From an uncultured Gemmatimonadales bacterium (GTDB taxonomy: Bacteria > Gemmatimonadota > Gemmatimonadetes > Gemmatimonadales > GWC2-71-9): a stretch of DNA of 64,000 bases. The notes beneath the pieces were generated by a model. It was not told the DNA's origin. It ran no database searches and saw only the letters and a program-made list of their open reading frames with translations. The position numbers and the translations under genes were made by a program. The DNA lies in assembly GCA_963728915.1 (NCBI GenBank), contig CAVSLV010000002.1:192001-256000 (forward strand), read 5' to 3'. Numbering within the stretch: position 1 is the first letter of the stretch; each line of letters starts with the position of its first letter. This document shows, one piece after another, positions 50,855-61,759 of this stretch.

Positions 50855-51828
50855 GCCCGGACCCCCGGCTCCTCGGGGACGCCCGGATCGAGGTCCCCCT
50901 CATCTGCGGCGCCATGTATCCATGCAGCAATCCCGAGCTGGTCGCCGCGGTGTCCGACGCCGGAGGAATCGGGATCATCCAGCCGGTCTCGCTGACCTAT
51001 GTATATGGACACGACTTCCGCGAAGGCCTTCGGCTGATCCGCCGTCTCACCGCCAAACCGGTCGGGATGAATGCCCTGATCGAGCGTTCCTCGCGCCGCT
51101 ACCACGAGAAGATGGTTCACTGGGTGGACATCGCCCTGGAAGAAGGCATCCGGTTCTTCATCACCTCGCTCGGCAATCCGCGGTGGGTGTGCGAGCGGGT
51201 TCATCGCGAGGGGGGACGGGTGTATCACGACGTCACCGAGCGGAAATGGGCCCTCAAGGGAAAAGACGCCGGGGTCGACGGGCTGATCGGGGTGAATCGC
51301 CGGGCTGGAGGCCACCCCGGTCCCCGAACCCTGGAGGCTCTGCTCGAGGAAGTCGGCGACCTCGGCCTGCCGGTGGTCGCGGCGGGCGGGATCGGCGACG
51401 CGGACGGATTCGCCGCGGCGATCCGGATGGGCTACGCCGGCATCCAGATGGGGACCCGGTTCATCGCCACCACGGAATGCGGGGCGAGCGCCGCCTACAA
51501 ACAGGCGATCCTCGACGCGGGAGAAGACGATATCGTCCTGAGCGAGCGGATCACCGGCGTGCCGGTCGCGGTGATCAATACTCCCCAGGTGCGACGCACC
51601 GGACTCAAGGCGGGCGCGATCGCCCGGTGGATGCTCCGAGGGGGCCGGACCAAACCCTGGATTCGCACCTGGTATGCGCTCAAATCCTTCTGGCAGCTCA
51701 AGCGGGCGTCACTGGATCCTTCCGGCACCAACGAGTACTGGCAGGCCGGAAAGAGCGTCGCGGTGATCGATCGGATCGAGCCCGCGGGCGAGATCGTGAA
51801 GCGGTGCCGGGCGGCGTTGACCGCCTGA
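50851..51828 (+). CDS. Nitronate monooxygenase / FabK-like flavoprotein
   Basis: [34 protein letters not shown]. Confidence 0.88.
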   Translation: MSPDPRLLGDARIEVPLICGAMYPCSNPELVAAVSDAGGIGIIQPVSLTYVYGHDFREGLRLIRRLTAKPVGMNALIERSSRRYHEKMVHWVDIALEEGIRFFITSLGNPRWVCERVHREGGRVYHDVTERKWALKGKDAGVDGLIGVNRRAGGHPGPRTLEALLEEVGDLGLPVVAAGGIGDADGFAAAIRMGYAGIQMGTRFIATTECGASAAYKQAILDAGEDDIVLSERITGVPVAVINTPQVRRTGLKAGAIARWMLRGGRTKPWIRTWYALKSFWQLKRASLDPSGTNEYWQAGKSVAVIDRIEPAGEIVKRCRAALTA

Positions 51829-51895
51829 GGCGGATTACCTGCGCCTATATTTCTGCATGTCCGCGCTGCACCTCCCGGCCCTGTCTCTTCCCTGA

Positions 51896-54235
51896 GTGAT
51901 TTCCCTGGTATTGCTCGCGGCCTGGGCCAGTGCCTCCCCGGGCCAGCGCTCCGATTCGGTGATCGTCATCACCCGAAGTGAGCTGCGCGCCACCGGGCGA
52001 ACCCGGCTCGCCGAAGCGCTCCAGGTCCTGGTCCCCTCCCTCAACTTTCCCCGCCCCAGTGGCGCGGAGTGGGCCGATCAGGTCCGGCCGGCCACCCTCC
52101 GCGGGATGGGGAGCGACCAGGTCCTGGTTCTCCTCGACGGCCTTCCCCTTCATTCCAGCGCGCTGGTGGATCGGAATCCCACGGTGGGCCGGGGCGATGT
52201 GTCGGTGGACCTCGATGCCCTCCCCCTCACCGCGATCGAGCGTGTCGAGATAACCCGCGGGGCATCGGGCGTACTCGACCGGTCCGGCGCGCCGGCGGGG
52301 GTGATCAACGTGATCCTCGGCGAGAACCTTCCCAACGAAGTCGCGGGCAATCTCGGGCTGGTCACCGCGGGTGGGGTGGATACCCGGACCGGAGCGACCT
52401 GGCGGCGGGCCTGGAACGGCGGGGCCCTGGTGCAGGTTGCCGGTGAGTACCGGGTCCGTGGATCCACCGATCGGGCCGAGCCGGACCGCCGCCAGCAGTT
52501 CTTCGATGGCGATCCCCGCAACGACGATCCCCGCTATGCCGGTCAGATCCACGATCGGCTGGGCGATCCCCAGACCCGGGACGCCTCCGGGTGGATCCAG
52601 GCCCGCCTGCCCCTCCGGTCGGCCGAATTCCACGCCGTGGCGGGCGTCAATCGTCGGCTGGGGGAATCGGCCGCCCTGTGGAGGCTCCCCAGCGACGACG
52701 CCACGGTGCGCTCGCTCTATCCCGCCGGTTTTCTCCCCCTCCTCGATGCCCGGATCCTCGACGCCACGGTGCAGCTCGGGGCCCGGGGCGCCGCCCGGGG
52801 CTGGAACTGGACGGCCGACGCGGGTTATGGCAGCAACCGGATGGCCCTCTCGGTCGAGAACACCGTGAACGCTTCGCTCGGTCCGCTGAGCGGCTCCCGG
52901 TTCGACGCCGGGATCCTGGGATCGGTGCAGCTGATCGGGAGGGTCTCCGCGGCGCGGCGCGTCCCCCTGGGCTCGCGTCGCCTCGACCTCCGGCTCGGGC
53001 TCGATGTAGAAAGCGAAGACTACCGGATCAGCCCCGGCGAGCGGGACAGCTATCGCTACGGCGGCGTGCCGATCCAGGACGGCCCCCACGCCGGCAGTAT
53101 TGCCCCGGTCGGCGCCCAGGGATTCCCCGGATTCATGCCGCAGGACAGCGGCCATTTCCGGCAGGAGCACTATGCGGGTTACGCGGCGATCGCAGTTGAG
53201 CCCGTGTCGCATCTCGTGTTCTCGGGCTCGGGGCGACTCCAGTGGGTGCGTGGCTCCGGGTACGGACTCCTGGGAGCGGGCGACCTGACCGGCCGCTGGA
53301 CCCCCCTCTCCGGGGTGGGGGTTCGGGGTTCGCTCCAAAGCGGCTTCCGGGTGCCTTCCGGGGCCGAACGGAGCTTCTCCCGGAGCCTGATACCGGTCTC
53401 CAACGATGTGGGCCTCTACGACCTGCTGGTGCCACCGACCCATCCGGTGGCCCAGTCCCTCGGCGCGCTACCCCTGGTCCCGGAACGTTCGGTCCAGTGG
53501 ACCACGGGGCTTGATCTTTCCAGCCGAGGGGTGACTTTCTCTGCGGGCTATTTCGAGACCCGGGTGCGGAACCAGGTCGTTCTGACCGAGAAATTCAATG
53601 CATCGGCGGTCCGCTTCTTTCTGGAAAGCCAGGGGTATGGCGGCATCGGGTCGGTCCAGTTCTTTGCAAACGCCGGGACGGTCCGGACCCGCGGAGTGGA
53701 GCTTCAAGCGGGTTATGGAGCGTCCTGGGCCGGGCTGGGCCTCCGGGTGGAAGCCGGATTCGAGCACCACCAGGTGGAGATAACCCGGGTGGATTCCATC
53801 GGGGGGTTCGCCGGGAGGTACCAGTCGGTCTTTTTCGGACCGGCGGAACAGGCCCGGATCACCGCGGGTCAGCCGGGCGATAATCTCACCGCTTCGGCCC
53901 GGCTCTCCCGTGGCCCCTGGTCCGCCGATGTTCGGGGCAGGCTCTACGGCTCGGTGCTGGCATACGGCCCCAGCCCGGACGGCACCCTGAGCAAGCGCCT
54001 GGGCGCCAAATGGCTGGGCGACATCGAGGTGGATCGGGAGATGCGGCACGGACTCACTATCAGCGCCGGGGTGCAGAATGTGCTGGGCACCCTCCCCGAT
54101 CGGCTGACCATCGGGGCGCCGGACTACGCCGGCAATTCCTATTACGGAATTCTCCCCTATTCGAACTTCTCTCCGTTCGGATGGAATGGACGGTTCCTCT
54201 ACGCGCGGGTCGAATGGCGATACGCGGAGCGATAA
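51896..54235 (+). CDS. TonB-dependent receptor
   Basis: Plug LRGMGSDQVLVLLDG...IERVEITRG...GVINVIL; barrel GFRVPS, LVPERS, GVQNVL. Confidence 0.88.
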   Translation: MISLVLLAAWASASPGQRSDSVIVITRSELRATGRTRLAEALQVLVPSLNFPRPSGAEWADQVRPATLRGMGSDQVLVLLDGLPLHSSALVDRNPTVGRGDVSVDLDALPLTAIERVEITRGASGVLDRSGAPAGVINVILGENLPNEVAGNLGLVTAGGVDTRTGATWRRAWNGGALVQVAGEYRVRGSTDRAEPDRRQQFFDGDPRNDDPRYAGQIHDRLGDPQTRDASGWIQARLPLRSAEFHAVAGVNRRLGESAALWRLPSDDATVRSLYPAGFLPLLDARILDATVQLGARGAARGWNWTADAGYGSNRMALSVENTVNASLGPLSGSRFDAGILGSVQLIGRVSAARRVPLGSRRLDLRLGLDVESEDYRISPGERDSYRYGGVPIQDGPHAGSIAPVGAQGFPGFMPQDSGHFRQEHYAGYAAIAVEPVSHLVFSGSGRLQWVRGSGYGLLGAGDLTGRWTPLSGVGVRGSLQSGFRVPSGAERSFSRSLIPVSNDVGLYDLLVPPTHPVAQSLGALPLVPERSVQWTTGLDLSSRGVTFSAGYFETRVRNQVVLTEKFNASAVRFFLESQGYGGIGSVQFFANAGTVRTRGVELQAGYGASWAGLGLRVEAGFEHHQVEITRVDSIGGFAGRYQSVFFGPAEQARITAGQPGDNLTASARLSRGPWSADVRGRLYGSVLAYGPSPDGTLSKRLGAKWLGDIEVDREMRHGLTISAGVQNVLGTLPDRLTIGAPDYAGNSYYGILPYSNFSPFGWNGRFLYARVEWRYAER

Positions 54236-55026
54236 TGGCCCCTGAATGGAAGCCGTACCGGTTGCCGGGCACCGGGGACGCGAGCTCGATCTCCCTGGTG
54301 ACCGCCTCGGTGGGACCACGCCGGGAACCCCGCGACCTTCTGGTCGCGCTGCCACCCAAGTACGCCCAGCGGACCGATCGCTACCCGGTGGTATATCTCC
54401 ACGACGGCCAGAATCTCTTCGATCCCGAGACCAGTCACGCGGGCGACTGGGGGCTCGCCGCGCGGCTCAGCCGGCTGGCCCGGAAGGGGACCGAGGCGAT
54501 CGTGGTCGGCATCCCCCATCGGGGACGATTCCGGAAGTACGACTACAACCCGTTCCGCGACATCGCCCACGGCGGCGGCGGGGGTGATCGGTACCTCGAG
54601 TTCGTCATCGAGCAGGTCAAGCCGCTCATCGACAAGTCCTTCCGGGTGAAGGCCCAGCCCGCTCACACCGTCATGGGTGGGTCGTCCCTGGGCGGCCTCA
54701 TCAGCTTCTACGCGCTCTATCGGCATCCCGACGTCTTCGGCGCGGCCAGCGTGCAGAGTCCCGCGCTCTGGGTCGCCAACCGCGCGATCTTCCGGTTTCT
54801 CGGGCAGCAGCGAAAACCCCCGAAGGGCCGGGTCTATCTCGACATCGGCACCGCGGAAGGGAGCGAGGCGCTCACCGACGTCCGGGCCCTCCGCGACTGG
54901 CTCCAGAAAGCGGGGACGACCGAGAAGGCCCTGTTCTACGTCGAGGAATCCGGCGGAGAGCATGCCGAGGCAGCCTGGGGCGCTCGCCTGGAAAAGGCGC
55001 TGCCCTGGCTGATAGGCAAGAGGTGA
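54235..55026 (+). CDS. Alpha/beta hydrolase, putative esterase
   Basis: YPVVYLHDGQNLFD, GGSSLGG, HAEAAWGAR; TAATG overlap with the receptor. Confidence 0.88.
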   Translation: MAPEWKPYRLPGTGDASSISLVTASVGPRREPRDLLVALPPKYAQRTDRYPVVYLHDGQNLFDPETSHAGDWGLAARLSRLARKGTEAIVVGIPHRGRFRKYDYNPFRDIAHGGGGGDRYLEFVIEQVKPLIDKSFRVKAQPAHTVMGGSSLGGLISFYALYRHPDVFGAASVQSPALWVANRAIFRFLGQQRKPPKGRVYLDIGTAEGSEALTDVRALRDWLQKAGTTEKALFYVEESGGEHAEAAWGARLEKALPWLIGKR

Positions 55027-55054
55027 GAGGGTCCTCACCCCTCACCCCTACACC

Positions 55055-55765
55055 ATGCACCACTCCTGGTTCTCTCCCGCGCTCGGTCGCGAGATGCACA
55101 TCGAGGTCTTCGGCCACGCCGGAGCGCGGGTGCTGGTCTTTCCCACCACACTGGGGAGCTGTTACGAGTGGCGGGACCGCCACATGCACGAGGTCCTGGC
55201 CGATCACCTCGATCAGGGATGGATCCAGCTCCTCTGTTTCGACCATGTCCATGATGAAAGCTGGTACGACAAGGGCCTCCATCCCGGCGCTCGGGCCTGG
55301 CGGCATCTTCAGTACGATCAGTACCTGCTGACCGAAGCCCTGCCGTTCAGCGAGTTGCTCAATCCCAATCCGTTCGTGATCACCACCGGGGCGAGTTTCG
55401 GCGCCTATCACGCCATGTGTTTCGGGCTCCGCCATCCCGAACGGGTGAACCGGATTCTCGGCATGAGCGGGATGTACGACGTGAAGAGCATGACCGAGGG
55501 CTACTCGGACCTCAACGTGTACAGCAGCAACCCGTTCGATTTCATGCAGCACGAGCACGACGCCTCCCGGCTCGAGGCCTTCCGCCGGCAGGATATCATC
55601 CTCGCGATCGGCGAAGACGACCCGTCGATCCAGAACAACCGCGATTTCTCCGCCATCCTGTGGGGCAGGGGCATCGGGAACGCGCTCAGGATCTGGGACG
55701 GCTGGGCCCACGACTGGCCGTACTGGGAGAAAATGGTGCGGAGGTACATTGGGGGACACGATTGA
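55055..55765 (+). CDS. Esterase family alpha/beta hydrolase (ATP-grasp/GCS2 operon type)
   Basis: WFSPALGREM, FGHAGARVLVFPT, TGASFGAYHA, HDWPYW. Confidence 0.88.
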   Translation: MHHSWFSPALGREMHIEVFGHAGARVLVFPTTLGSCYEWRDRHMHEVLADHLDQGWIQLLCFDHVHDESWYDKGLHPGARAWRHLQYDQYLLTEALPFSELLNPNPFVITTGASFGAYHAMCFGLRHPERVNRILGMSGMYDVKSMTEGYSDLNVYSSNPFDFMQHEHDASRLEAFRRQDIILAIGEDDPSIQNNRDFSAILWGRGIGNALRIWDGWAHDWPYWEKMVRRYIGGHD

Positions 55766-55796
55766 AGGCGGACAGGCGGACGGACGGGAGCGTAGA

Positions 55797-56768
55797 ATGC
55801 ACAAGGTGGGTCTCATCGTCGGGAGAGAATGGAGCTTTCCTCCCGCCTTCATCGAAGAGGTGAATCGCCGCGACCAGGGGGTGGTGGCGGAATTCGTCAA
55901 ACTCGGCGCGCCCAGGATGGACGACCCGGCGGAATACCGGGTCGTCATCGACCGCATTTCCCACGAGGTCCCGTTCTACCGGACCTGGCTCAAGCATGCG
56001 GTCCTGCGCGGGGTCACGGTGGTCAACAACCCGTTCATGTGGAGTGCGGACGACAAGTTCTTCGGGGCCACCCTGGCGACCTCGCTCGGGATCGCGAGCC
56101 CGAGGACCGTCCTGCTTCCGAACAAGGAGTACATCCCCGGCATCGTCCACACCGAGTCCCTCCGGAATCTCCAGTTCCCGCTCGACTGGGACGCGGTGGT
56201 CGATTACGTCGGCCTGCCCTGCGTGCTCAAGGACGCCTACGGGGGTGGATGGAAGGAAGTGTACGTGTGCCACTCGATGGAGGAGCTGCTCCAGCACTAC
56301 AACCATTCCGGCCTCCTCACCATGATCGTGCAGGAATTCATCCAGTGGGAGGAATTCGTCCGCTGCCTGTGCCTGGGGCAGGAAGAGATTCGCCCGATCA
56401 AGTACGATCCCCGGGAACGGAAGTACCATCCCGATCCGGATTTCCTGCCGCCCGCGGTGATGAAGCGGGTGATCGACGACTCCCGCAAGCTGGTCCGCGC
56501 CCTGGGCTACGACATGAACTCGATGGAGTGGGCGATTCGGGACGGAGTCCCATACGCGATCGACTTCATGAACCCGGCCCCCGACATGGACGTGTACTCC
56601 CTCACTCCGGTCCACTTCGAGTGGGTCGTGAATGGAATGGCCGATCTCGCGATCCGCCTCGCCAGGGCGCCCGCGGCCAGGACCGCACCGTCTTGGGCGG
56701 CCTTCCTCAAAGGCCGCTCCCTGTCCGCTCGGACCCGAAAGGCCCCCGCCGAGTCATCCAGTGGATGA
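55797..56768 (+). CDS. RimK-like ATP-grasp ligase
   Basis: IDRISHEVPFYR, NNPFMWSADDKFF, LKDAYGGGWK, VQEFI, IDFMNPAPD. Confidence 0.85.
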   Translation: MHKVGLIVGREWSFPPAFIEEVNRRDQGVVAEFVKLGAPRMDDPAEYRVVIDRISHEVPFYRTWLKHAVLRGVTVVNNPFMWSADDKFFGATLATSLGIASPRTVLLPNKEYIPGIVHTESLRNLQFPLDWDAVVDYVGLPCVLKDAYGGGWKEVYVCHSMEELLQHYNHSGLLTMIVQEFIQWEEFVRCLCLGQEEIRPIKYDPRERKYHPDPDFLPPAVMKRVIDDSRKLVRALGYDMNSMEWAIRDGVPYAIDFMNPAPDMDVYSLTPVHFEWVVNGMADLAIRLARAPAARTAPSWAAFLKGRSLSARTRKAPAESSSG

Positions 56769-58113
56769 AGCCGGGCTCGCCATCCAGGTCTGGCACACGG
56801 GGCTGACACCCGAGCTCGCCGAAGAATCGGCGGCCTGGCTCGATGATCAGTTGCGGCGGCGGGGGCTCTTTTTCGGCGATCGTCCGCTCTGCAACGTGCT
56901 CCGGCCCCGCTTCCTCACCGCGGGTCAGTACAACCAGCTCCGCGCCAGCATCGTTCCGCTGCTGCGGGCCTTCGGCACCGCGCTCGAGACCGCGCTCGGC
57001 GATCCGGGATTGCTCGACCAGTTCCGTCTGCTCGACTGGGAACGCACCCTGGCGCTGGAGGATCCCCGGATTCCGGCGAGCCCGGTCTCCCGGCTGGACG
57101 CCTTCTTCGAGTCGGGAACCGGCCGGCTCCTCTTCACCGAATACAACGCCGAGACGCCCGCCGGTTCGGCGTACCATGACGCGCTCTCCGAGCTGTTTCT
57201 CTCGATTCCTGCGGCGCGCCCCTTTCTGAGGACTCACCTGCTGCGCCCGCTCCCGGCCCGGCACAACGTGCTCCACGCGCTCCTGTCGAGCTATGCCAGG
57301 TGGTCGGGCCGGCGCGACGCGCCGGTGATCGGGATCCTCGACTGGAGCGAGGTGCCCACCCGGAGCGAGTTCCTGCTCTATCGGGATTTCTTCGAGGCGA
57401 TGGGAGTGCGGTGCGTGGTGGCGGACGTGCGGTCCTGCACCCTCGAGCAGGGCCGGCTCCTGGCCGATGGGACCGCGATCGATCTCATCTACAAGCGGGT
57501 CCTGATCGGCGAGCTGATCGGACGAGAGGGGATCGATCATCCGATCGTCCGGGCGGTCCGGAGCGGGACGGTCTGCATGGTGAATCCATTCCGTTGCAAG
57601 ATTCTCCACAAGAAGGCCTCGCTCGCGGTATTATCGGACGAACGGAATGCCGCCTTGTTCAGCGACGAGGAGCGCCGGGCCGTCGCGAGTCATATCCCGT
57701 GGACCCGCGTGGTGGAAGAGCGACGGACCATCCATGAGGGGAAAGCCATCGACCTCCTGCCCTGGATGGAACGGCAGCAGGATCGTCTGGTGCTCAAGCC
57801 CAACGACGAATACGGCGGCGCGGGCATCGTGCTCGGCTGGGAGGTGGACCCCGACAGCTGGCGGGCGGCGATGCGGAAAGCGGTCGAGGAACCCTACATC
57901 GTCCAGGAGCGGATCGCCCTTCCCGAAGAGAGCTTTCCGAGCTGGGTGGACGGCCGGCTGGTCCAGGCCGACCGGATCGTCGATACCGCACCATTCGTGT
58001 TTGGCGGAGCCGCGGTGGAAGGGTGCCTGACCCGGGTGAGCACCGCCACCCTCGTGAACGTGACCGCCGGTGGCGGGTCCACCGTACCAACCTTCGTGGT
58101 GGAGCGGCGATGA
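56761..58113 (+). CDS. Circularly permuted ATP-grasp ligase
   Basis: [46 protein letters not shown]. Confidence 0.85.
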   Translation: MDEAGLAIQVWHTGLTPELAEESAAWLDDQLRRRGLFFGDRPLCNVLRPRFLTAGQYNQLRASIVPLLRAFGTALETALGDPGLLDQFRLLDWERTLALEDPRIPASPVSRLDAFFESGTGRLLFTEYNAETPAGSAYHDALSELFLSIPAARPFLRTHLLRPLPARHNVLHALLSSYARWSGRRDAPVIGILDWSEVPTRSEFLLYRDFFEAMGVRCVVADVRSCTLEQGRLLADGTAIDLIYKRVLIGELIGREGIDHPIVRAVRSGTVCMVNPFRCKILHKKASLAVLSDERNAALFSDEERRAVASHIPWTRVVEERRTIHEGKAIDLLPWMERQQDRLVLKPNDEYGGAGIVLGWEVDPDSWRAAMRKAVEEPYIVQERIALPEESFPSWVDGRLVQADRIVDTAPFVFGGAAVEGCLTRVSTATLVNVTAGGGSTVPTFVVERR

Positions 58114-59219
58114 AGCCTCCTTCCCTCACCATCGGGATCGAAGAGGAGTACCAGATCATCGATCCCGAAACCCGGGAGCTTCGGTCCTACATCACCGAAA
58201 TCCTCAAGGACGAATCGCTGGTCATGGGAGAGATCAAGCCCGAGCTGCACCAGTCCATGGTCGAGGTCGGCACCAAGGTCTGTCATAACCCGGCAGAAGT
58301 TCGCCAGGAGCTGGTGCGACTGCGGCGGCTGGTGATGGAGCTGGCCGGCAAGAAGGGACTCCGGGTCGCCGCCGCCGGCAGTCATCCGTTCTCGTCGTGG
58401 ATGGACCAGGAGATCACTCCGCTGGAGCGTTACATCGGCGTTCGCGAAGATCTCCAGGACCTGGCCCAGGCCCTGCTCATCTTCGGCACCCATGTGCACA
58501 TCGGTATCGAGGACCGGGAGTTTCTGATCGATGCGATGAACGTCGCTCGCTACTTCCTGCCCCACGTGTTGTGCCTTTCGACCAGCTCGCCCTTCTGGCT
58601 GGGCCGCCGCACCGGCCTCAAGTCGTATCGCAGCGTGGTGTTCCGCACCTTCCCCCGCACCGGAATTCCCCGGACCATGGCGTCCTGGAGCGAATTCGAG
58701 CATACGGTGGACGTGCTGGTCCGGACCAATTCGATTCCTAACGCCAGCAAGATCTGGTGGGACGTGCGTCCCAACTGGAACTATCCGACCCTCGAGTTCC
58801 GGGTCTGCGACGTCTGCACCCGGGTGGACGAGGCGGTCTGCATCGGGGCCATTTTCCAGGCGATCATCGCCAAGCTGTGGAAGCTGCGCCGCGACAACAT
58901 GAGCTTCCGGCAATACCCCCCGGTCTTCATCGAGGAAAACAAGTGGCGGGCGCTCCGCTACGGGCTGGATGGGAAGCTCCTCGACCTGGGCCAGCGCAAG
59001 GAGCTTCCGGCCCGGGATTTGATCAGGGAAATGCTGGAATGGTTCCTGGACGATGTGCTGGACGAGCTGGGAAGCCGGAAGGAAGTGGAGTACGCCTACC
59101 GGATTCTTGCCGAGGGCACCAGCGCCGACCGCCAGCTCGCGACCTACCAGCAAATCGGAGACTTCAAGGCCGTGGTGGATCAGCTCATTCGTGAAACCGC
59201 CGAAGGGGTGCTGCCGTGA
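58110..59219 (+). CDS. ybdK: Carboxylate-amine ligase (GCS2/YbdK family)
   Basis: [47 protein letters not shown]. Confidence 0.92.
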   Translation: MKPPSLTIGIEEEYQIIDPETRELRSYITEILKDESLVMGEIKPELHQSMVEVGTKVCHNPAEVRQELVRLRRLVMELAGKKGLRVAAAGSHPFSSWMDQEITPLERYIGVREDLQDLAQALLIFGTHVHIGIEDREFLIDAMNVARYFLPHVLCLSTSSPFWLGRRTGLKSYRSVVFRTFPRTGIPRTMASWSEFEHTVDVLVRTNSIPNASKIWWDVRPNWNYPTLEFRVCDVCTRVDEAVCIGAIFQAIIAKLWKLRRDNMSFRQYPPVFIEENKWRALRYGLDGKLLDLGQRKELPARDLIREMLEWFLDDVLDELGSRKEVEYAYRILAEGTSADRQLATYQQIGDFKAVVDQLIRETAEGVLP

Positions 59220-59968
59220 GGCGGCCCTTGATCGGCATTCCGACCCAGACGCTTCAGGCGATCGACGGCATTCCCGAGGGCCTGCCGCACTCCTGGGTGA
59301 TGAACTCCCGGTATTACGTGGCGGTGGCGGCCGCCGGCGGCGCCCCGCTGATGATTCCGCTCTTCTCCCGCGACCTCGATACACTGCGCGCGGTCTACCA
59401 GGGCATGGACGGGATCCTGCTCGCCGGCGGTGTGGACATGGATCCCTGCACCTTCGGGGAATCGCCCCACCCGAACCTGGGACGGATCGATCGCGATCGC
59501 GATACCGTCGAGCTCGAGCTCGCCCGGTGGGCCCTCGAAGACCGCAAGCCCATCCTGGGCCTCTGCCGGGGCCACCAGGTCCTCAACGTGGCGCTGGGAG
59601 GGACCCTGTGGCAGGACATCGGGTCGCAGATCCCGGACGCGATCAAGCACGACTTCTTTCCGACCGCGGGTTATGCCCGCGACTTCCGCGCCCACGACGT
59701 GGCCCTGGAAGCGGGGTCCCGCCTCGAGCGCACCTTCCGCGAAACGGCCATCCGGGTCAACAGCATGCACCACCAGGCGGTCAAGGCGCTGGGCCGGTCG
59801 CTGGTTGCGGCGGGACATTCGCCCGACGGCCTCATCGAGGCGTTCGAATCCGGCACCGACCACTTCCTGGTCGGGGTGCAATGGCATCCCGAGATGTTCG
59901 AGCGGACCGACGAGGGAACCCGGCGGCTGTTCCAGGAGTTCATCGCCGCCGCCGCCGGACACCCCTAG
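59216..59968 (+). CDS. Gamma-glutamyl-gamma-aminobutyrate hydrolase family (peptidase C26, PuuD-like)
   Basis: [23 protein letters not shown]. Confidence 0.92.
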   Translation: MRRPLIGIPTQTLQAIDGIPEGLPHSWVMNSRYYVAVAAAGGAPLMIPLFSRDLDTLRAVYQGMDGILLAGGVDMDPCTFGESPHPNLGRIDRDRDTVELELARWALEDRKPILGLCRGHQVLNVALGGTLWQDIGSQIPDAIKHDFFPTAGYARDFRAHDVALEAGSRLERTFRETAIRVNSMHHQAVKALGRSLVAAGHSPDGLIEAFESGTDHFLVGVQWHPEMFERTDEGTRRLFQEFIAAAAGHP

Positions 59969-59976
59969 CGTGTTCC

Positions 59977-60414
59977 ATGGCCGGTGAATCCGCTGACCTC
60001 CTCAACGAACCGCAGCGCCGTCACCTCGGCGTCACCCTGAGCCGGATCCAGAGCCTGCTTCAGAACATCCGGCACCTCGCGACCGCCCCGGTGCAGGACC
60101 GGGGATTGATCGCCGAGCTCGATGACTTGCCCGCCACCTTCACCGAGCGGGCGCCGGAGCTCCTCGCGCACATCGAGCACGAGCTGGGCGAGCTGGCGGA
60201 GCGGTTCGGGATCGCTCCCCGGGAACGTTCGCGGTACCGCTGGGTCCGCGCGGTGCTGGGGAATTCGCTCGACAATCTGGAGGACACGCGATCCTCCAAG
60301 ATGCATCCCTACGGTGAGGTGCGTCCCGAGCTCGAAGCCGTGCTCGATCCCACCCTGCTCGATGTTCAGCACCGGCTCCGCCAGCTGCTGGCCCTGCTCG
60401 AACCGGCGCCTTAG
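59977..60414 (+). CDS. Hypothetical helical protein
   Basis: LNEPQRRHL...LEDTRSSKMHPYGEV; resembles a domain I associate with bacterial dynamin-like loci. Confidence 0.7.
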   Translation: MAGESADLLNEPQRRHLGVTLSRIQSLLQNIRHLATAPVQDRGLIAELDDLPATFTERAPELLAHIEHELGELAERFGIAPRERSRYRWVRAVLGNSLDNLEDTRSSKMHPYGEVRPELEAVLDPTLLDVQHRLRQLLALLEPAP

Positions 60415-60659
60415 ATCAGGCTCGGCCTCGGCGCACTGGCCGTGCTCGATCGCCAGGACAGCGACTTCAATGCTTTCCCGGAGGGCCGAGTGGATCCGGG
60501 GGACTACCTCGTTGCGCGGCTCTACGGCAGCTGCGAGATCACCAGCAGGATCGGGGTGAGGCTTCGGGTCGAGAATCTGTTCAACCGGCAGTACGAACCG
60601 GTCTACGGCTTCCCGCCCTGGGACGGAACGGGGCCATGTCCCTGACATTCGGCTTCTGA
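60415..60659 (+). pseudogene. C-terminal remnant of a BtuB-like TonB-dependent receptor
   Basis: DYLVARL...LRVENLFNRQYEPVYGFP. Restoring one G gives ALGRNGAMSLTFGF-stop, ending in the beta-signal Phe. Confidence 0.75.
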
Positions 60660-60666
60660 GACGACA

Positions 60667-60706
60667 CGACCGAACGGGCCCGTCGAACGACGGGACCCGT
60701 TGGGTC
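60667..60706. terminator. Long hairpin between convergent genes
   Basis: CGACCGAACGGGCCCGTCG-AA-CGACGGGACCCGTTGGGTCG; no clear U-tract. Confidence 0.5.
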
Positions 60707-60724
60707 GGGTTCTGCGCACAAGGG

Positions 60725-61159
60725 TTACTGCGGCACCTGAATCGTGTCGATGATCTTGCCGTCGAAGGAATTCACCAGCACGTCATGGCGGACCCCCTCG
60801 TCGTCCTTGATCCGGAATCGGTACACCAGGTCGTCACCTCGACGCTCGATGAATCCCGCCTCGACCTTTCCGGTGGGATACTTCGTCTGGGCGATGTGCT
60901 GCGCATCGAGCGGGTGATAGCGGGCCTCCGCGATCATCCCAGGGGCTTCTTCCTTCACCTCGATGACCGGCGCCATCCCGGCCGACGAATCTCTTGCTGA
61001 AGCCGGGCGGACCACCCCCGCCCCAAGCGCATGGTCGGACCCAGGCGAATTCATCGCGACCGAATCTCCGACCTGATCGACGGCGGCCGTCTCCTGCTTG
61101 TCGCTCCCGCAGGCCATCGCGGCGGCCAGACCGAGAATCGGAAGCCAAAGGGTTCGCAT
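60725..61159 (-). CDS. PepSY-domain lipoprotein
   Basis: LAAAMAC lipobox; IERRGDDLVYRF...VNSFDGKII; GGAGG RBS. Confidence 0.8.
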   Translation of the reverse strand: MRTLWLPILGLAAAMACGSDKQETAAVDQVGDSVAMNSPGSDHALGAGVVRPASARDSSAGMAPVIEVKEEAPGMIAEARYHPLDAQHIAQTKYPTGKVEAGFIERRGDDLVYRFRIKDDEGVRHDVLVNSFDGKIIDTIQVPQ

Positions 61160-61185
61160 GTAACCTCCTCTCTCAGAGTCCCGCC

Positions 61186-61569
61186 TTACTGCGGCGGATT
61201 GGTTTTCCCGGAGTCGACCACCGTGCCGGTCCGGGCGTTGATCTTCACCGTTCGCATCTGTCCCGTGGTATCCCGGATCTGGTAGCTGTAGACCAAATCG
61301 TTGTTGGACCGGTCGATCGAGGCCTCGGTCACGGTCCACCCCGGGAACAGGGTCACGACCGTCTGCTGGGCGTCGTTCGGCCGAATCGTCGCTTCCGCCA
61401 GCAGTCCCGGCGACATCTCGCGCACGTCCACTGCGGGCGGCGTGGTGGCGGTCGCGGCCGGGGGCGCCATCGCGGTGGTATCTCCAGGGGGCATGTTCTC
61501 GTTCTTTTGGCCGCACCCGGCCACCATGCCGATCATTCCTCCCACCAGGGCCAAACCTGCCAATCTCAT
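61186..61569 (-). CDS. PepSY-domain lipoprotein
   Basis: MVAGC lipobox; DLVYSYQI...INARTGTVV; GGAGG RBS. Confidence 0.82.
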   Translation of the reverse strand: MRLAGLALVGGMIGMVAGCGQKNENMPPGDTTAMAPPAATATTPPAVDVREMSPGLLAEATIRPNDAQQTVVTLFPGWTVTEASIDRSNNDLVYSYQIRDTTGQMRTVKINARTGTVVDSGKTNPPQ

Positions 61570-61759
61570 CGGACACCTCCACCTGTTTGAAAGGGTGACG
61601 CTCACCCTGTTGACGTCGGGACGCCCGGAGCCGCCACATTGCCTGCATTCAGCCCCACCCGAACCGGGCGCCGATCCCCCGGCACGGGCTCCTGGCCCTT
61701 GCTGGATAACGGGTTACCTGTCCCGGCGAACGGCCTCCATTTTGCACGTTTGCCCCTCC

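Noticed and set aside
51857..51898. In-frame ATG and TGA ahead of the TonB receptor as readthrough or selenocysteine
   Set aside because: No SECIS-like support; GTG 51896 already gives a plausible signal peptide.
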